A DNA stretch of 64,000 nucleotides. It comes from Pseudovirgaria hyperparasitica. Taxonomy: Eukaryota. The stretch lies in the NCBI GenBank assembly GCA_010093815.1, contig ML996574.1; one strand, written 5' to 3'. The notes beneath the pieces were generated by a model that saw nothing but the letters and a program-made list of their open reading frames with translations, was not told the DNA's origin and searched no databases. A program made the translations under genes and the position numbers. Positions 24,776 through 37,628 of this stretch are shown piece after piece (position 1 is the first letter of the stretch; each line of letters opens with the position of its first letter).

Positions 24776-26242
24776 ATGCCACCCGCACCATGGCGCTCAC
24801 GCGTGGCGTCCTCCCTATACCCCGACTTCCTCACACTCTTCAGCACATCCACCACCACGTACACGCCGCAGCGCAGCACTGCACACCTGGACGGCCTGCG
24901 CGGCTTCGCGTCGTTCATGGTGTACGTGCTGCACCACGAGCTGTGGGCGCACAGCGCGCTGATGAAGCACTACGTGCTGGAGAGCGCGTGGGGGTGGGAC
25001 GGCAACTACTACTTTGCGTGTCTGCCGATTGTGCGGGTGGCGTTTACGGGGGGTCATATCGCGGTTGCGACGTTCTTTGTGCTGAGCGGCTACGTGCTGA
25101 CGGTGAAGCCGCTGGGGCTGGTGTATAAGGGGGATATGGTGGGGCTGGGGGAGGTGCTGGCGAGCAGTGTGTTTCGGCGGTGGGCGCGGCTGTTTGTGCC
25201 GATTGCGGTGAGCACGTTTGGCTATGTGGTTGTCATGGAGGTGTTTGGGCTGGAGGGCACGAGTTTGCATGAGGTCAAGGAGACGTTTGGGGAGCAGGTG
25301 TGGGATTGGTATATCGAGTTTAAGCACTGGAGCTATATCTGGGACCGGAATATCATTCCGTGGCTGCCGTACAATTCGCATACGTGGACGATTCCGTTCG
25401 AGCTGAAGGGGAGTCTGTTGGTGTGGATGGTGGCGCTAGTCACGGCGAGGTTCACGAGGAAGAGTCGGTGGTGGACGTATGCGATGTTGATCGTCTACTT
25501 CATGTGGATATGTCCGGAGGGCTGGTATTGTGCGTACTTCATTGCAGGCATGTGGCTAGCGGAGATCGATCTCCTGGCTGCGACTGACGCGCTGCCGGCA
25601 TTCTTTGCGACTTTCGAACCATACAAGAACGTAATATTCAGGGGCTTGTTCGTGGTCAGCATGTTCCTGGCGGGTGTCCCGGCTGCGAACAAGGATATAG
25701 AGGTTTTTGCCACCTCGCCCGGCTGGGTCTGGTTGCGACACCTCAAGCCGGCCGCACTCGACGATCCGAAATGGTTCTATCTCTTCTGGGGAGCTATTGC
25801 TCTGGTTACAAGTGTGTCCCGGATTGCATCGCTCAAGAGGTTCTTCGAAACCAGGTTCTGCCAGTATCTTGGCCGGATTTCTTTCTTCCTCTATCTCTTC
25901 CACGGACCGGTTCTGGCCTGGGTGGGACGTAGAGTCTATGCTGCGGTGGGCTTCGTCAGAAAGGACCTGGACGACGATCCGGAAAAGGGGATCCTGTGGT
26001 GGTGCAATCGTCTTCCAATATCGCAATGGGGACCTATGGGGCTGGAAGTCAATTTCGTGTTATGTCAGATCGTCTTGTTGCCTTTGACCTTATATCTGGC
26101 GGAGCTCGGGACGAAATGGATCGACGAGCCTACCGTAAAATATGCCCAGCGCCTGTACAAGAAGTTGAACTCTGGACAAACGATCGATTTGGGAGCGGCT
26201 GGGGCGCGAGACAAAGAAGTGTCTAATCCAGGGCCCAGTTGA
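24776..26242 (+). CDS. Acyltransferase 3 family membrane O-acyltransferase
   Basis: LDGLRGFAS, FFVLSGYVL, RRWARL, WTIPFE, LGRISFFLYLFH motifs; many hydrophobic segments. Confidence 0.88.
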   Translation: MPPAPWRSRVASSLYPDFLTLFSTSTTTYTPQRSTAHLDGLRGFASFMVYVLHHELWAHSALMKHYVLESAWGWDGNYYFACLPIVRVAFTGGHIAVATFFVLSGYVLTVKPLGLVYKGDMVGLGEVLASSVFRRWARLFVPIAVSTFGYVVVMEVFGLEGTSLHEVKETFGEQVWDWYIEFKHWSYIWDRNIIPWLPYNSHTWTIPFELKGSLLVWMVALVTARFTRKSRWWTYAMLIVYFMWICPEGWYCAYFIAGMWLAEIDLLAATDALPAFFATFEPYKNVIFRGLFVVSMFLAGVPAANKDIEVFATSPGWVWLRHLKPAALDDPKWFYLFWGAIALVTSVSRIASLKRFFETRFCQYLGRISFFLYLFHGPVLAWVGRRVYAAVGFVRKDLDDDPEKGILWWCNRLPISQWGPMGLEVNFVLCQIVLLPLTLYLAELGTKWIDEPTVKYAQRLYKKLNSGQTIDLGAAGARDKEVSNPGPS

Positions 26243-28043
26243 GATACTTGGGCCTACCAACAGCCAAACCAGCCAACGCAACCGAGAGCGACAGGATCAT
26301 TATTCGATCGCAGCCATGGCCTATCAATGTTCTGCAAGACGTTGTAGACATGTGTCCCAAGACCTCCGCGTTTCGGTGGGCCATGACAAGAGCAAGTTGA
26401 GACGATGACTGTTTCGAATATCGACTATCTATATCGACTATCTGCTCAGCGGCATAGTTCTGCTATGTACAAGAGTAGCGAGCATTACTTTTTAGACGTA
26501 TCAACGCCTTTGTCAATTGGCTGCCGTGTCAGACCTCATTGCTAGCGGGTATCTTCGGCCCGGTCTACCGACAATGGCGAGTCCCAGTGCCAAGATGCGG
26601 GAGCGACCCTTTCATATTCCAGAGTCCTGGGGGACTTCGTGGATGCATGTTTCAAGAGTGTGATTATAAGTGGGAAGGACTTACAGGGTGTAATATTAAT
26701 GTCGGGAATCATACCGATTGTGTACAGTTGCTAGTTGAATTGAGGCTGCAGAGGCACAGAATGATGATTACAGGACTCGGAAGGGCCAGTGGTGTTATGG
26801 AGAGCAGGTTCATCATTTTACTCTGTCTCGGAAGGGGACGCAGCTATTTCTTCGAACATATGAGATAATATCCAGCCATCTGAGACTGTACAAGTCTACT
26901 AGCTTAATGGGTCGCATAGACGTCGGGCACGGATCATATAAGGCGTAAAAGGATTCTGGAAGATTTGGCGTGTGGGGATGTTGCGGGGATCTGCATACTG
27001 GGACAGATCTAGTAGTCATTCCATGCATAGATCGGTCGTGCGCCGAGATTTGACGGTCATATGAATAGGCGTTTCGTATCCACATGAAGGGCGATTGAAG
27101 CTGAAGGTCGGCCGAGTTCAGGCAGAACATGTCTTTACCTACTGTGTCATGATAGACGGTGGGGGAGTTGAAACATCAGGGTAGCAGGTACTTTCAGCCC
27201 CCTTGGTCGAGGACAAGTAAAGCAAGATTAGGGATGAGGCGTGGTAGTAGAGGGTCATAAGGACGAAGTGTTGTGGAGGATGATCATGTAGGGATGTGTC
27301 CGGGGAGGAAATCCGGGGCTGTTGTAAGATGGAGAAATGTCAAGTTGAGGGGACCCAGTGGTGGATCTCGAATGAGTGGAAAACGCCCAATTAGCCTCAC
27401 GCTACCTGCCCACCACTGAGCGATTGGATGGAAAGTCATGACTTCTCTCGCCGTTTTCTCGTCTCTCCATCCCACTATCCCTAGACCTCCTCCCAACATT
27501 CTCACTCACCGGCTAATTTTGTCCTCTATCACCACACCCATATCGCGTTGACTGCTGTGCCTCGACACGATAACACAGGACTCCAGTGTTAGTATTGGTA
27601 GATGGAACGACCAGCGGTTTGCATACCCAGTCTCACCATACAAACCGTGGCTGGCCGGCATCGACTGGATGCTACATCGACACCCCTCCCGGAGCAATTT
27701 ACCACCAGGGCAGTATTAAGTACACAGTGACAGTGCTACATACAGGCCATAGCGATAACCTGGACACATAATCGTCCGGCTCACCTTAGGTCTGGGGTCC
27801 TGTATCTGCTGGCCTGTCGACCTGCCCCATCGACGTAGATGCTGCCGATGCCTCGTCGATCGGCCTGATCAAGAACTGTATCTACCCTTTCTCGTCCTCA
27901 GCAGCATCTGTATAGTCGGAAACTCCTCTGGACAAAGGTGACTCTGCACGATTGATTCGAATAGCGATCCTCTCGTTTGGGCACGGCACACCCAGCTCCG
28001 CTGCCCGATCCGGCTGGTGTATATCCGATAGAGCGCTAGCGCC

Positions 28044-30513
28044 ATGTTCCATACATTCCAAACCGTTGCAGCCACAACATCTCCCGAGGGCAGCGGGAGC
28101 GGCGATACTTCTAAACCCTCAAAGACGGCAGCATCTCGGCGTGTTTCTACCTCCAATGCCTGTGTCGAGTGCAGACGGCGGAAGATCCGATGTGACGGCT
28201 CCAAGCCGTGTGGACAGTGCCAATGGTATCAGCATCCCGAGGCCTGTACATATCAGAAGCCAGCGCAACGTATAATACCGTCCAGGAAGTAGGTAGATTT
28301 CACTCTTTCAGCCTGAAGATAATCGAGTTGACCTGTGTTAGACTGGTCGACCGACTCTCCAGCCAAGTGGAGCAGTATAGGGCGATTCTCCAGCGACTGT
28401 ATCCTCAGAAAGATCTTGACTCACTGGTCGACAAACCTCGAGACGAGCTACTGGACCTCGCGCTATCTACCCCAGCACTGAGCTCAGCTACGTCTCCGCC
28501 CGAGTCAATCCCGCACTCCAAGTCTGACACCAACCCCAAGTCTGAAGGAGAGCAGAGCCTCGAGGCCTTGGAGCAAGCGCCCGAGGAAAATCCACGATGG
28601 GACGAAGCGCGGAAGCATCAGGACAAGATCCAAGGCATCTCGGACGATATCAACGGGCTTTCCATGGCTGTTGATCGTCATTCGTCCTATGTGGGTATCT
28701 CCTCCATCACTGCTGCGTTCAAGGTCATCGTCAAGGTCGCTCCCATTGCGAGGCCGTTCATCACCCAGAGCGTCATCGACACGGCACAGCCCAGTCGAGC
28801 AAACAGCCCACCACCAGAGCTGCTAGACTTGAACCCCGATGCATTACCTCGCCAACAAGATGCCCAGAAGCTCATCGAATGCTACTTTGAGCGAGTACAC
28901 GTCTACTTTCCGATGATCAATGAGCGGAATTTCTGGACGACATTTCTCTATGGAGAACGGAAAGACTCTCCGTGGCTTGCCCTGCTGAACATTGTATTTG
29001 CTCTAGGATCGCTAGCATCGTCGACATCGGACAACCAGATGCATTACGTCTTCTTTACCCGCGCTCGACAGCATCTATCTTTGGAGTCGTTTGGGTCCGG
29101 GAATCTTGAGGTTTTACAAGCTCTGTCGATTATGAGCGGCTATTACATGCATTATCTGAATCGACCGAATGAGGCGCATTCCCTGATGGGTGGGGCATTG
29201 AGGATGGCGACTACTCTTGGCTTACATAGAGAGTATGTTGAGCCCTCTGGCGTAGTGGCGAATCTCTACGATTCGCAAAAGGCACAGCCATCTGACGCGA
29301 TATCTACTGAGATGAGGCGTCGGATATGGTGGAGTCTATTCTGCATGGACTCGTGGGCGTCGACAACTACGGGCAGGCCATCATTGGGACGGATGGGCGA
29401 TGCGATCACTGTACAGCCCCCGAGGAGCTTCATCGAGCAGGTAGCTCACACAATTACCCAGCATGATTGACTTGGCTAACACGTTTATAGAGCTACGTAT
29501 TTACACAGATCAACAATCCACAAAGCCTGGAAGCGTTGAAAATCCTGCCTCTGATTCACTTTAGTGAATTCTGCAAGATCGCGACCAGGATACAGGATCG
29601 TCTGATTGAGAGTCCACTACTCAAGTTTGACGAGCTTTCACAATTCGACTCGGAGATTAGTCGATGGCGCGACGAACTGCCATCTATACTGACAGACTTC
29701 AACGAGCAGTGCCCAGACTTTCTAAGGGTTATTCGGCTCGTGCTGAAATGGAGGTACCAGAACCTTCGGATCGTCTTGCACAGGCCAACTCTACTGTCGT
29801 GCGCCCTTCGACACACACCCTTCTCAATGCTGCCTGCGGAGGAGAAGGTGACGGTCGGGAAATGTCGGATCATCGCCAACAAGACGATCGAAGACATACA
29901 CAACGAATGTCCTGCAGATCTCATCGCCGGCTGGAACGGAGTGTGGTTTGTGTATCAGGCCTGCATGGTGCCACTGGTCAGTCTCTTTACCGACGGCAGC
30001 TCGCCTGAAGAGGTCGAGCGCTGGAAGCACCAGATCGAGACAGCGCTCATCTACTTTAACAAAATGCAAAGATTCAGCATCGCTGCCAAGAAGAGCGCGA
30101 GCGTGGTCTCGAAGCTTTACGAGGCGTTCAATACAGCCCAGGCGGCCGCCGCAACCGCGCGACAACAGCCCCAGCAGCAGCAACAGCAACAACAGCAGCA
30201 GCAGCAGCACATCCAACAAGGCCAACAACAGCAACAGATGCAGCAGGGCCAAGAGTATACTCAGTACCCCGAATTCAACCAGTTTGGTAATCCGATGCAA
30301 GAGCCGTCGATGCTGGCGGCCATGGGCCATGATATGGGCATGGGCATGTGGCCTCAGGCCGCAGACACGGGCAATCTCAATTCGTTCTGGGATGGAATGA
30401 TGTGGGATACGTCATTCCCGGACCTGCCGGACCACGAGTACATGCTCGGCGACATGGACTACCAGGCAGCGGCCCAGGGCCAGCAGATGTGGAGATATGA
30501 CCATCCGCAATGA
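28044..30513 (+). CDS. clrB: Zn2Cys6 transcription factor, ClrB/Clr-2/ManR-like
   Basis: MFHTF start; ACVECRRRKIRCDGSKPCGQCQWYQHPEAC; DDINGLS..SYVGISS; fungal TF domain RRRIWWSLFCMD; WNGVWFVYQACMVPL; introns about 28289-28341 and 29441-29490/29508; poly-Q tail. Orthology recalled from family features, not searched. Confidence 0.75.
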
Positions 30514-31454
30514 TCTGGTGGGAAAATGGGCGCATGAGTATTTTTTGGTTATGTTCATGATTGTGTATGTATAATGCGAGTTAGATGCATCTTGGAGGGA
30601 AAAACGGGGGGGAATTGCTCCAAGCAAATGGATGCTTGGCTGCGGGTGTCAAGGGGGTGTTATATGGAAGAATTTTCAACAACTGCAAGCTATGCGATTG
30701 AGTGCCTGTAGCACTGATTATATATATATACCCATCTATATCAACAGGACGTCCTTGTCTTTAGCTAGCAAGCAAACAGTATAATATGATTCGATTGCTG
30801 GTATGTTTCCCTATCGGGTAATGATCGACACCAGGCTGGGGTGCAGGTATATGAGGGCGCCAAGCAAAGACGCGCAAGGTTCGGCGGACAACCCCTGCAA
30901 CCACAGAGCTGTGAGACCCGCCTGGCTAATACCTCTGTCGTCAATATCTTGCACTCTCTACTTCCCAAGCTTCCGCATCTCGCCGCCTCCAAGAACTGTG
31001 AATGCAAGTCGGTTCCGTTGATACAAGCACAGGCACAAAGCACAAGCGTATCGCCACATCATTCGAGTACCGTCATTAGCCCCTGGACGGTGTTTTTTTC
31101 CTCGTTATCACCCTTTATCGTCAAGTTTTAGCCCTCCCGTTCCTCCTCGTCCTGCGCGCGACGTGGGCTTCGACTTCGACTTTGATTCTACTCCGGCGAC
31201 GGACAGACGCTGCGAAGAGGTTACTTTTACATCGATTGACTGTCGTGTCATCTGGCTTCATCGTCGACATCTTGCTTCAAGGCGAGCCAGCTCATGCACG
31301 TTTGTGACGGACTCGCTCGTGTTGCAGGCGCATCCACTCGACTACAAGGCTCAGCACGACGCGCAAACGGCTGCGTGCAACCCGGGTCGTAGACCTCTTT
31401 TATTATCTACATCTACTTCGGACTATATTGGGAGGACTCGCACAGAAAGACAAG

Positions 31455-32543
31455 ATGCCAACGCAGACGAGAGCAAATGGTGCTGCCGGTGCGGCGAACG
31501 GGAGTGTCAAAAGTGCAGGGCAACAGGGAGCAGCGCCTGCAGCAGTGCAAGAGAACATCTTCCTGTTCATACCAAACCTGATCGGTATGTATGTCCATTT
31601 TCTATCCCGACAGTTTATGCTGGAAGACTGAGCTAACCGGGTGGGATACCTGGCAGGCTACTCCCGGATCGTGCTCGCGATCGCGTCGCTCTACTACATG
31701 CCGCTCCACCCACGCACATGCTCGCTCCTGTACAGCATATCGTGCCTCCTCGACGCGCTCGATGGGCTGGCGGCGCGCCACTTCAAGCAGTCGACCAAGT
31801 TCGGGGCGGTGCTGGACATGGTGACGGACCGGTGCACGACGTCGTGCCTGCTGGTGTTTTTGGCGTCGGCGTTTCCGCGATGGTCGATTGTGTTCCAGGG
31901 CCTGATCTCGCTGGATCTGGCGAGTCACTACATGCACATGTACGCGACGCTGAGCATGGGCGGGCTGAATCAGAGCCACAAGAATATTGACGAGGAGCGG
32001 AGCTGGATCATGAAGCAGTACTACTCGAACAACGTAGGTCGCGCCGGTGTTGGACGTGGGGGATGTCGGAGGGGCTGACAAGAGGAGATTGGTAGCTAAC
32101 ATGATTTGCAGAAGGTGCTGTTTGTGTGCTGCGCGCTCAACGAGCTGTTCTTCATCGGGCTCTACCTGCTGTCGTTTTCGTCGCCGATCCTGACGCCCTC
32201 GCTCCTCCAGCCGGCGCCCTCGTCGCTGCAGCCAGGCAGTCCGGCGGTGCCCGAGGCGTCCAAGATCTTTGCGTCGCCCTGGTCGGCCGGCGCGCTGGAG
32301 TTGGCCCGGTAAGAAGACGGATGCGGTTCATGCCTTGGGTTTGCTAACAGCGTGGACAGGGCAAACAAGATGGACAGTACGGTGCCGTGGATCCTGACGT
32401 GCGTGTCGGCGCCAGTGATGATCTTCAAGCAGGTGGTCAACGTGATCCAGCTGCAGAAGGCGAGTCAATGGCTGGCAGAAGGGGACCGAGAAGCGCGACG
32501 GAGCGCGGGGCTGGGCGTGAAGGCGGCGAAGAAGCGGAATTGA
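31455..32543 (+). CDS. PIS1: Phosphatidylinositol synthase (CDP-alcohol phosphatidyltransferase)
   Basis: FLFIPNLIGYSR; DALDGLAARHFKQSTKFGAVLDMVTD; three introns. Confidence 0.93.
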
Positions 32544-32834
32544 TCAAGATGGTCAAGCAATATCATTTGACGTAATTGGCATGAGACGAGTGGCATGGCA
32601 TGGCATGATATATCTAGGGATGGCGGATGGGAATGGACGAGGGGCATAGTTTCGGCCTGAGGGGGACAGACATGAGTGTGGTGTTCTCTTGACGTCTTCT
32701 TCTTCTTCTTTCTTCGTTTTCTTCTTTATCTTCTCTATTATCTTCATCTTCTTCATATTCACAAGGGCATCATCTTCTTTTCATTCCGCTCGTACGTAGG
32801 GGGTTTACTTGCAGACATGGCACTGGCGGCAGGG

Positions 32835-33035
32835 CAGTCAGTCAGTCAGTCAGTCAGTCAGTCAGTCAGTCAGTCAGTCAGTCAGTCAGTCAGTCAGTCA
32901 GTCAGTCAGTCAGTCAGTCAGTCAGTCAGTNNNNNNNNNNAGTCAGTCAGTCAGTCAGTCAGTCAGTCAGTCAGTCAGTCAGTCAGTCAGTCAGTCAGTC
33001 AGTCAGTCAGTCAGTCAGTCAGTCAGTCAGTCAGT
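32835..33035. repeat. (CAGT)n tetranucleotide microsatellite interrupted by a 10-N gap at 32931-32940
   Basis: Perfect CAGT tandem on both sides of the gap; true length unknown. Confidence 0.97.
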
Positions 33036-33330
33036 ATCTTAATCCATCCATCCATCCATCCATCCACCAATGAAGCAATCGATCAATCAGACTTAATATT
33101 CTCAACGACAAGCATGGCGAACGGACAGACAGAGTGTCAAGATGGCCGTGTGCGTGTGCATGTGCATGTATGGTATGTAATCAGTCCCTCCCTCCAAGCT
33201 CGAGCAAGCGGACAAACAAAGCAACAAAGCCCCCCTAGGGCCTGAACCCAGCACGAGCGAGGAGCGGGAGTGGGAGTGGGAGTGGGGCCAAGCTCCAAGC
33301 TTACGCAAGCGCCCACGCACCCACCTTTAC

Positions 33331-33424
33331 TTAAGCAGCCTAAGCGACCTAGGCAACCTAAGCAGCCTAAGCAAGCAGGTAATGCAGGTAAGCATGGCAA
33401 GCATGGCATAGCAAGCAAGCAAGC
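33331..33424. repeat. Degenerate 9-bp tandem (TAAGCAGCC-like) grading into (AAGC)n
   Basis: taagcagcc taagcgacc taggcaacc taagcagcc taagcaagc ... aagcaagcaagc. Confidence 0.6.
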
Positions 33425-34379
33425 CCGCCCCGCTCCTCCTCTCTCTCTCTTTTGCTTGTCTGTCGCTTGTCTGTCGCTGCTGTCTCCTCTCGCTGTCTCC
33501 ACACTGCACTGCGCCCTCCCTCCCTCTCCCTCTCTCCTCCCCCGTCATCCCTGTCAAGCCACCACCAACTTTGCTGCTGCTGCTGCGGCGGTGTTGGTGG
33601 TGGTCTGGGGATAGGGATGGGGATGGTGTCGTGGTGTGGTATGGTATGGTATGTGTGGTGTATATATGCGCGATAGGTGCAGTGCAGTGCCGTCGCGTCG
33701 AGTCGTTGCAGGTGGATAGAGTAGATAGATGGTTAGATAGCTGGTGTAGAGAGAGCGAGGGAGGGATTGCGCGGCGGGTCACGGGGTGGTGGAGGGAAGA
33801 CAGAAAGTAGGGCGGTAGGTGGGTGGTGGGCGGTAATAATAGGCGGTAATAGATAGGGCGGTACCCCCAAGGCGGGCGGGGACTGCTGGGCTGTGGGGAC
33901 GTGCCTTTTGGGGAGGGATGCTGGCTGGATGCTGGGGGACGCTTTACGCTGCGAGTGGGGAGGAGATGGGTTCGTTCGGCTAGGGAGTCAGGCAGGGCGT
34001 ACTTGGGGATTGTTGTGTTGTGTTGGCGTAGGCGTTGGACTAGCAGAGTGCAGGATCAGTAGAGTGCAGGCTGTGTATGTATGTGTATACTATATAGTGC
34101 TGTGAGGTGTAGTGTGTATAGTGTGTATAGTGTAGTGTGTACTTGGATTGGGCGTGTTGTTAGCGAGAGACAGGCGGCCCGGCAGTGCACAGTGGGCGGT
34201 GACAGTGGGCGGCGGCAGCGAGGAGTGGGTGGCCGTGCGCGCTCAACTTCCGCCCCGCCCGCCCCAGCTGCTACTGCTACTGCTGCTGCTGTTTTCGAGT
34301 TCTGCGCCCCCCTCCCCCAAAAAACCCTTTCCCTCTTTCTCTCCTCCCAAGCCCGCTGAGCCGCTTTTCCGTTCGGTTG

Positions 34380-34384
<5 letters not shown>

Positions 34385-34417
<33 letters not shown>

Positions 34418-34520
34418 TCCCTTCCTCCATCCCATCCATCCCATCCATCCCTCTCTCTCCGCACTTCCCTCCTCCCTCTCTCCTCTCTCACACGCATACA
34501 CACACTCTCTCTCTCTCTCA
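34385..34520. repeat. (CT)n and CCAT-type microsatellites upstream of the Zn-cluster gene
   Basis: Direct inspection. Confidence 0.8.
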
Positions 34521-34602
34521 CGTTCACTCTCTATTTACTCCATTCTTCACTCCATCATCTCCGTCTGCATGCCTCCGCCTCGCGCTTAGAGACTGACCTC
34601 TA

Positions 34603-36934
34603 ATGGACCTGTCCTCTCTCATGGACGCCACCTCCTCCTCCTCACACTCCGATCCCGATCCCAACTTTCGCATCTCTATGCTGCCTACCAACTCTGGCGC
34701 GCCGCCGCCGCCTACTCCTCCTCCTGCCTCTACCGCTGCTGTCCCTCAGCATCCTCCTCCTCAACCGGCTGCCGACCTCCTCAAACGCAAACGCAGTGCT
34801 GACGACCATCCTGCCCATCCCGCCCAGCCTCCGCCAAAGTCGGCCAAGACGAACAACCACCTGCAGATCAACTATCTGGCCCGCCAGTTTGCTCAGGACC
34901 TGCCGCTCGCATCCACCGAAGACACTCTGCCCTCCATCCTCACTCTGCTCGGCGACTATCAGGGCGTGCTGGACCGCCATGAGAGCATGGCCTGCAACCT
35001 GGGTGCCCGCCCGCTCGGGCCCATCCTGATCTCTCGCTTCGAGCGCCTGTTTGACGGGCCGCCAAAGGTGCTGAAGAGCCATGGCAAGGACGGCGCGAGC
35101 GTCTCCTGGCTGGACGTTGTCGAGTTTGCACGCAACAAGCCGGAGCAGTTCCAGCTGGGCCAGATGAGCGAGGGCGCGCGCGTCTGCCAGTTCTACACAA
35201 AGCAGTGTCGCGTGCAGATTTCAGAGGAGGACTTTGTGCTCATCTCGAGCGGCATTCCGCAGAAGATGATTCCGCCCCAGCCCATTATCGAGGACGAGGA
35301 GAAGGAGCTGGGCACAATCGAGATTCTGGAGAAGAATCTCGGCCAGATCTGTCACCTGGCCGACCAAGGTACGTTGCGGCGTCTGGTTGATGCGTCTGTT
35401 GGGCAGTGTGAAAGAGAGAGAGAGCTAACACTATGTGCCAGTCGCTGCGAGAACAAGACAGCTCAAGCACCGGCTCAAGCTTCGTCAACAAGCCATTCTC
35501 GATCGACGGGCTACGGATAATCCTCCTGCTGTACGCGCCTCAAGTTCGTCCACTATGGCCCTAATAAATGGATCAGGCCCTCCTCCGATGACACACTCGC
35601 CAAACGCTGGTTTCGTGCCGGTGAATGCGCGCACCCAGCATGGTGAGCAGAATGGAGGTCCCGCCGGTGCCGGCGACTCGCAGCAGCAGCAGCAGCAGCA
35701 GCATGCTCCTCCTGCCAGTCACTCGCATCCTCACTCCAGCTCCACCACTACTAAGAATGGTGCCTCGTCTGCCACGCGCAGCGAGCTCATGAGCAAGTTC
35801 TTCACCCTGAATGATCGCCGTCAGCAATCCTCCTCCTCCTCCAACGGCGACTCCTCCCGGCGAGCTTCGATTGTGCAATCTCACTCCTCGAGCACGGCCA
35901 AGAAATCAGCAAATCCCGCCGCCTTTCCGCCGCACGAGCCATCCGACTATTCTTCTCACCACCACCAACACCAACAACAGCACCACCACCACCACCACCA
36001 ACACTCGACAACCTCGCCCGTGCCAATACCAAACACACCCTCCTCGCTCCTCCCACACCACACCGCTCCTTCATCGCGCGCACTCCCCCCGGCTGCTGAA
36101 AAGGACGATGGCGGCCCCTACAAGACCGAGATGGTGCTCCGCATGGAATCGCTCAGCAAAGGCGAACGCATCCTGCCGCCCTGTGATCGCTGCCGCCGCC
36201 TGCACATGGACTGCCTCAAGAACCTCACGGCCTGTGCTGGCTGCACGAAGAAGCATGCCAAGTGCAGCTGGCGAGAAGTGCGCGAGGGCGAGATCCGCTC
36301 CGGCTTTGCAGAAATGGCCCGGCTTGCGAGTCTCGGTCAGAGCGGCGGCGGCGGCGGCGCACAGACGACAACGACGACCACGACAACAGCCGCGGCAGCA
36401 TCATCAGGAGGCATCGACTACGGCGACATGAGCGACGAGCCCGCCAGCGTCGGCCAGCGCACGCCTCCCCCGAGACCATATGCGCAGCCACCACAGAGTG
36501 CAAGTCTTGCCCATGCGCAGCCGCAGAGCTCTAGTCTTGCACATACTCAAAGCGCCGCCGCCGCGAGTGTACCTCCACATGGAGAGTACAAGGCGTCACC
36601 CGCGCAAGGCCGCAGTCCAACCCACAGATCAGTAGTAGGACACGACGACAGTCAAAACCGGGAGAAGAGCGTGGAATCACAGCTCCAGGAAGCGGCGCGG
36701 CTTGCGGGTGTTGAGGCAGAAGCACAGGCGTACGCGCATCGGGACTATGATGAGGGGCACAGCCAACAGCAGCAGCAGCAACCACAACATCGACATCAGC
36801 GAGACAATTCGGAGCAACAATACCAGCATCAGCATCAGCAGCACCAACATCAACACCAGCACCAGCGCAGCGAGCATCCGGGATATCAGCCTAGCCAGCC
36901 GCCACACATTGGCAGCGGGATCGAGGCACAGTGA
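34603..36934 (+). CDS. Low-complexity nuclear protein with an internal Zn2Cys6-like cluster
   Basis: Ordered-looking N-terminal domain (NHLQINYLARQF..LGARPLGPILI); intron about 35369-35441; CDRCRRLHMDCLKNLTACAGCTKKHAKC (C-x2-C-x6-C-x6-C-x2-C-x6-C); His/Gln tracts. Confidence 0.8.
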
Positions 36935-37628
36935 CGAGACATGAAGGGGACATTTTAAAGGAACCGGAAGCGGGTCTCAAACATGTACAGTTGCCGTTTC
37001 GACCTCTTTTGGACACACACACACAAAACACTCTTTTTTGCCTTTTGACTGTTTCTACGATCGGCGGTGGTCTGCGAGTCTTTGAATTATGACTGTTTAC
37101 TTTAGCACGGCGTTGAGCGGGCATGGCGGCGGCGGCATGAAGCATGGAGCATGGGTGGGTGCATTGTGTGCGTGTGCGTGTGTGTGTGTGTGTGTGTTTT
37201 GAGATGTGTATATACGTCCACTGTTCTTGAATCCATGGGCATGCAGTGCATACTAGCTGGCAGGACGGACTCAGGGATGAGGCTTCATGCTACATACATA
37301 TCCTCTCCTCGGCGAAATCGATTTACTCGTCATTATGTTCCATCTTCTTTTCTCTTTTCTCTCTCGTCGAAGTCCTCCAATCTCTGCTTGGGGTGATGTG
37401 ATGTCTTCCAATGGATGCGGGGACGGTCCTTCTTATGCACTGTGCTGCATGTACACTCGAAAGGCAAAGGCCTGTCAGGGGAGTGAAGGCAGGGCGGCAC
37501 GATATCCTAGCATTCTAGAATGAAGAAAGGGATGAGAAAGAAGAAGAAGAAGAGGAGGAGGAGGAGGAGCATCAACAACCCCCTATTCATTCCATGCCCC
37601 TATACTACTAATCACTCCATACCCCCTA

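Noticed and set aside
18870..30513. Possible secondary-metabolite cluster (oxidase, acyltransferase, Zn2Cys6 factor)
   Set aside because: No PKS, NRPS or terpene backbone gene; the oxidase is the Fet3 partner of Ftr1 and the factor looks ClrB-like
32676..33245. ORFs with SVSQ repeats
   Set aside because: Translation of the (CAGT)n microsatellite across an assembly gap
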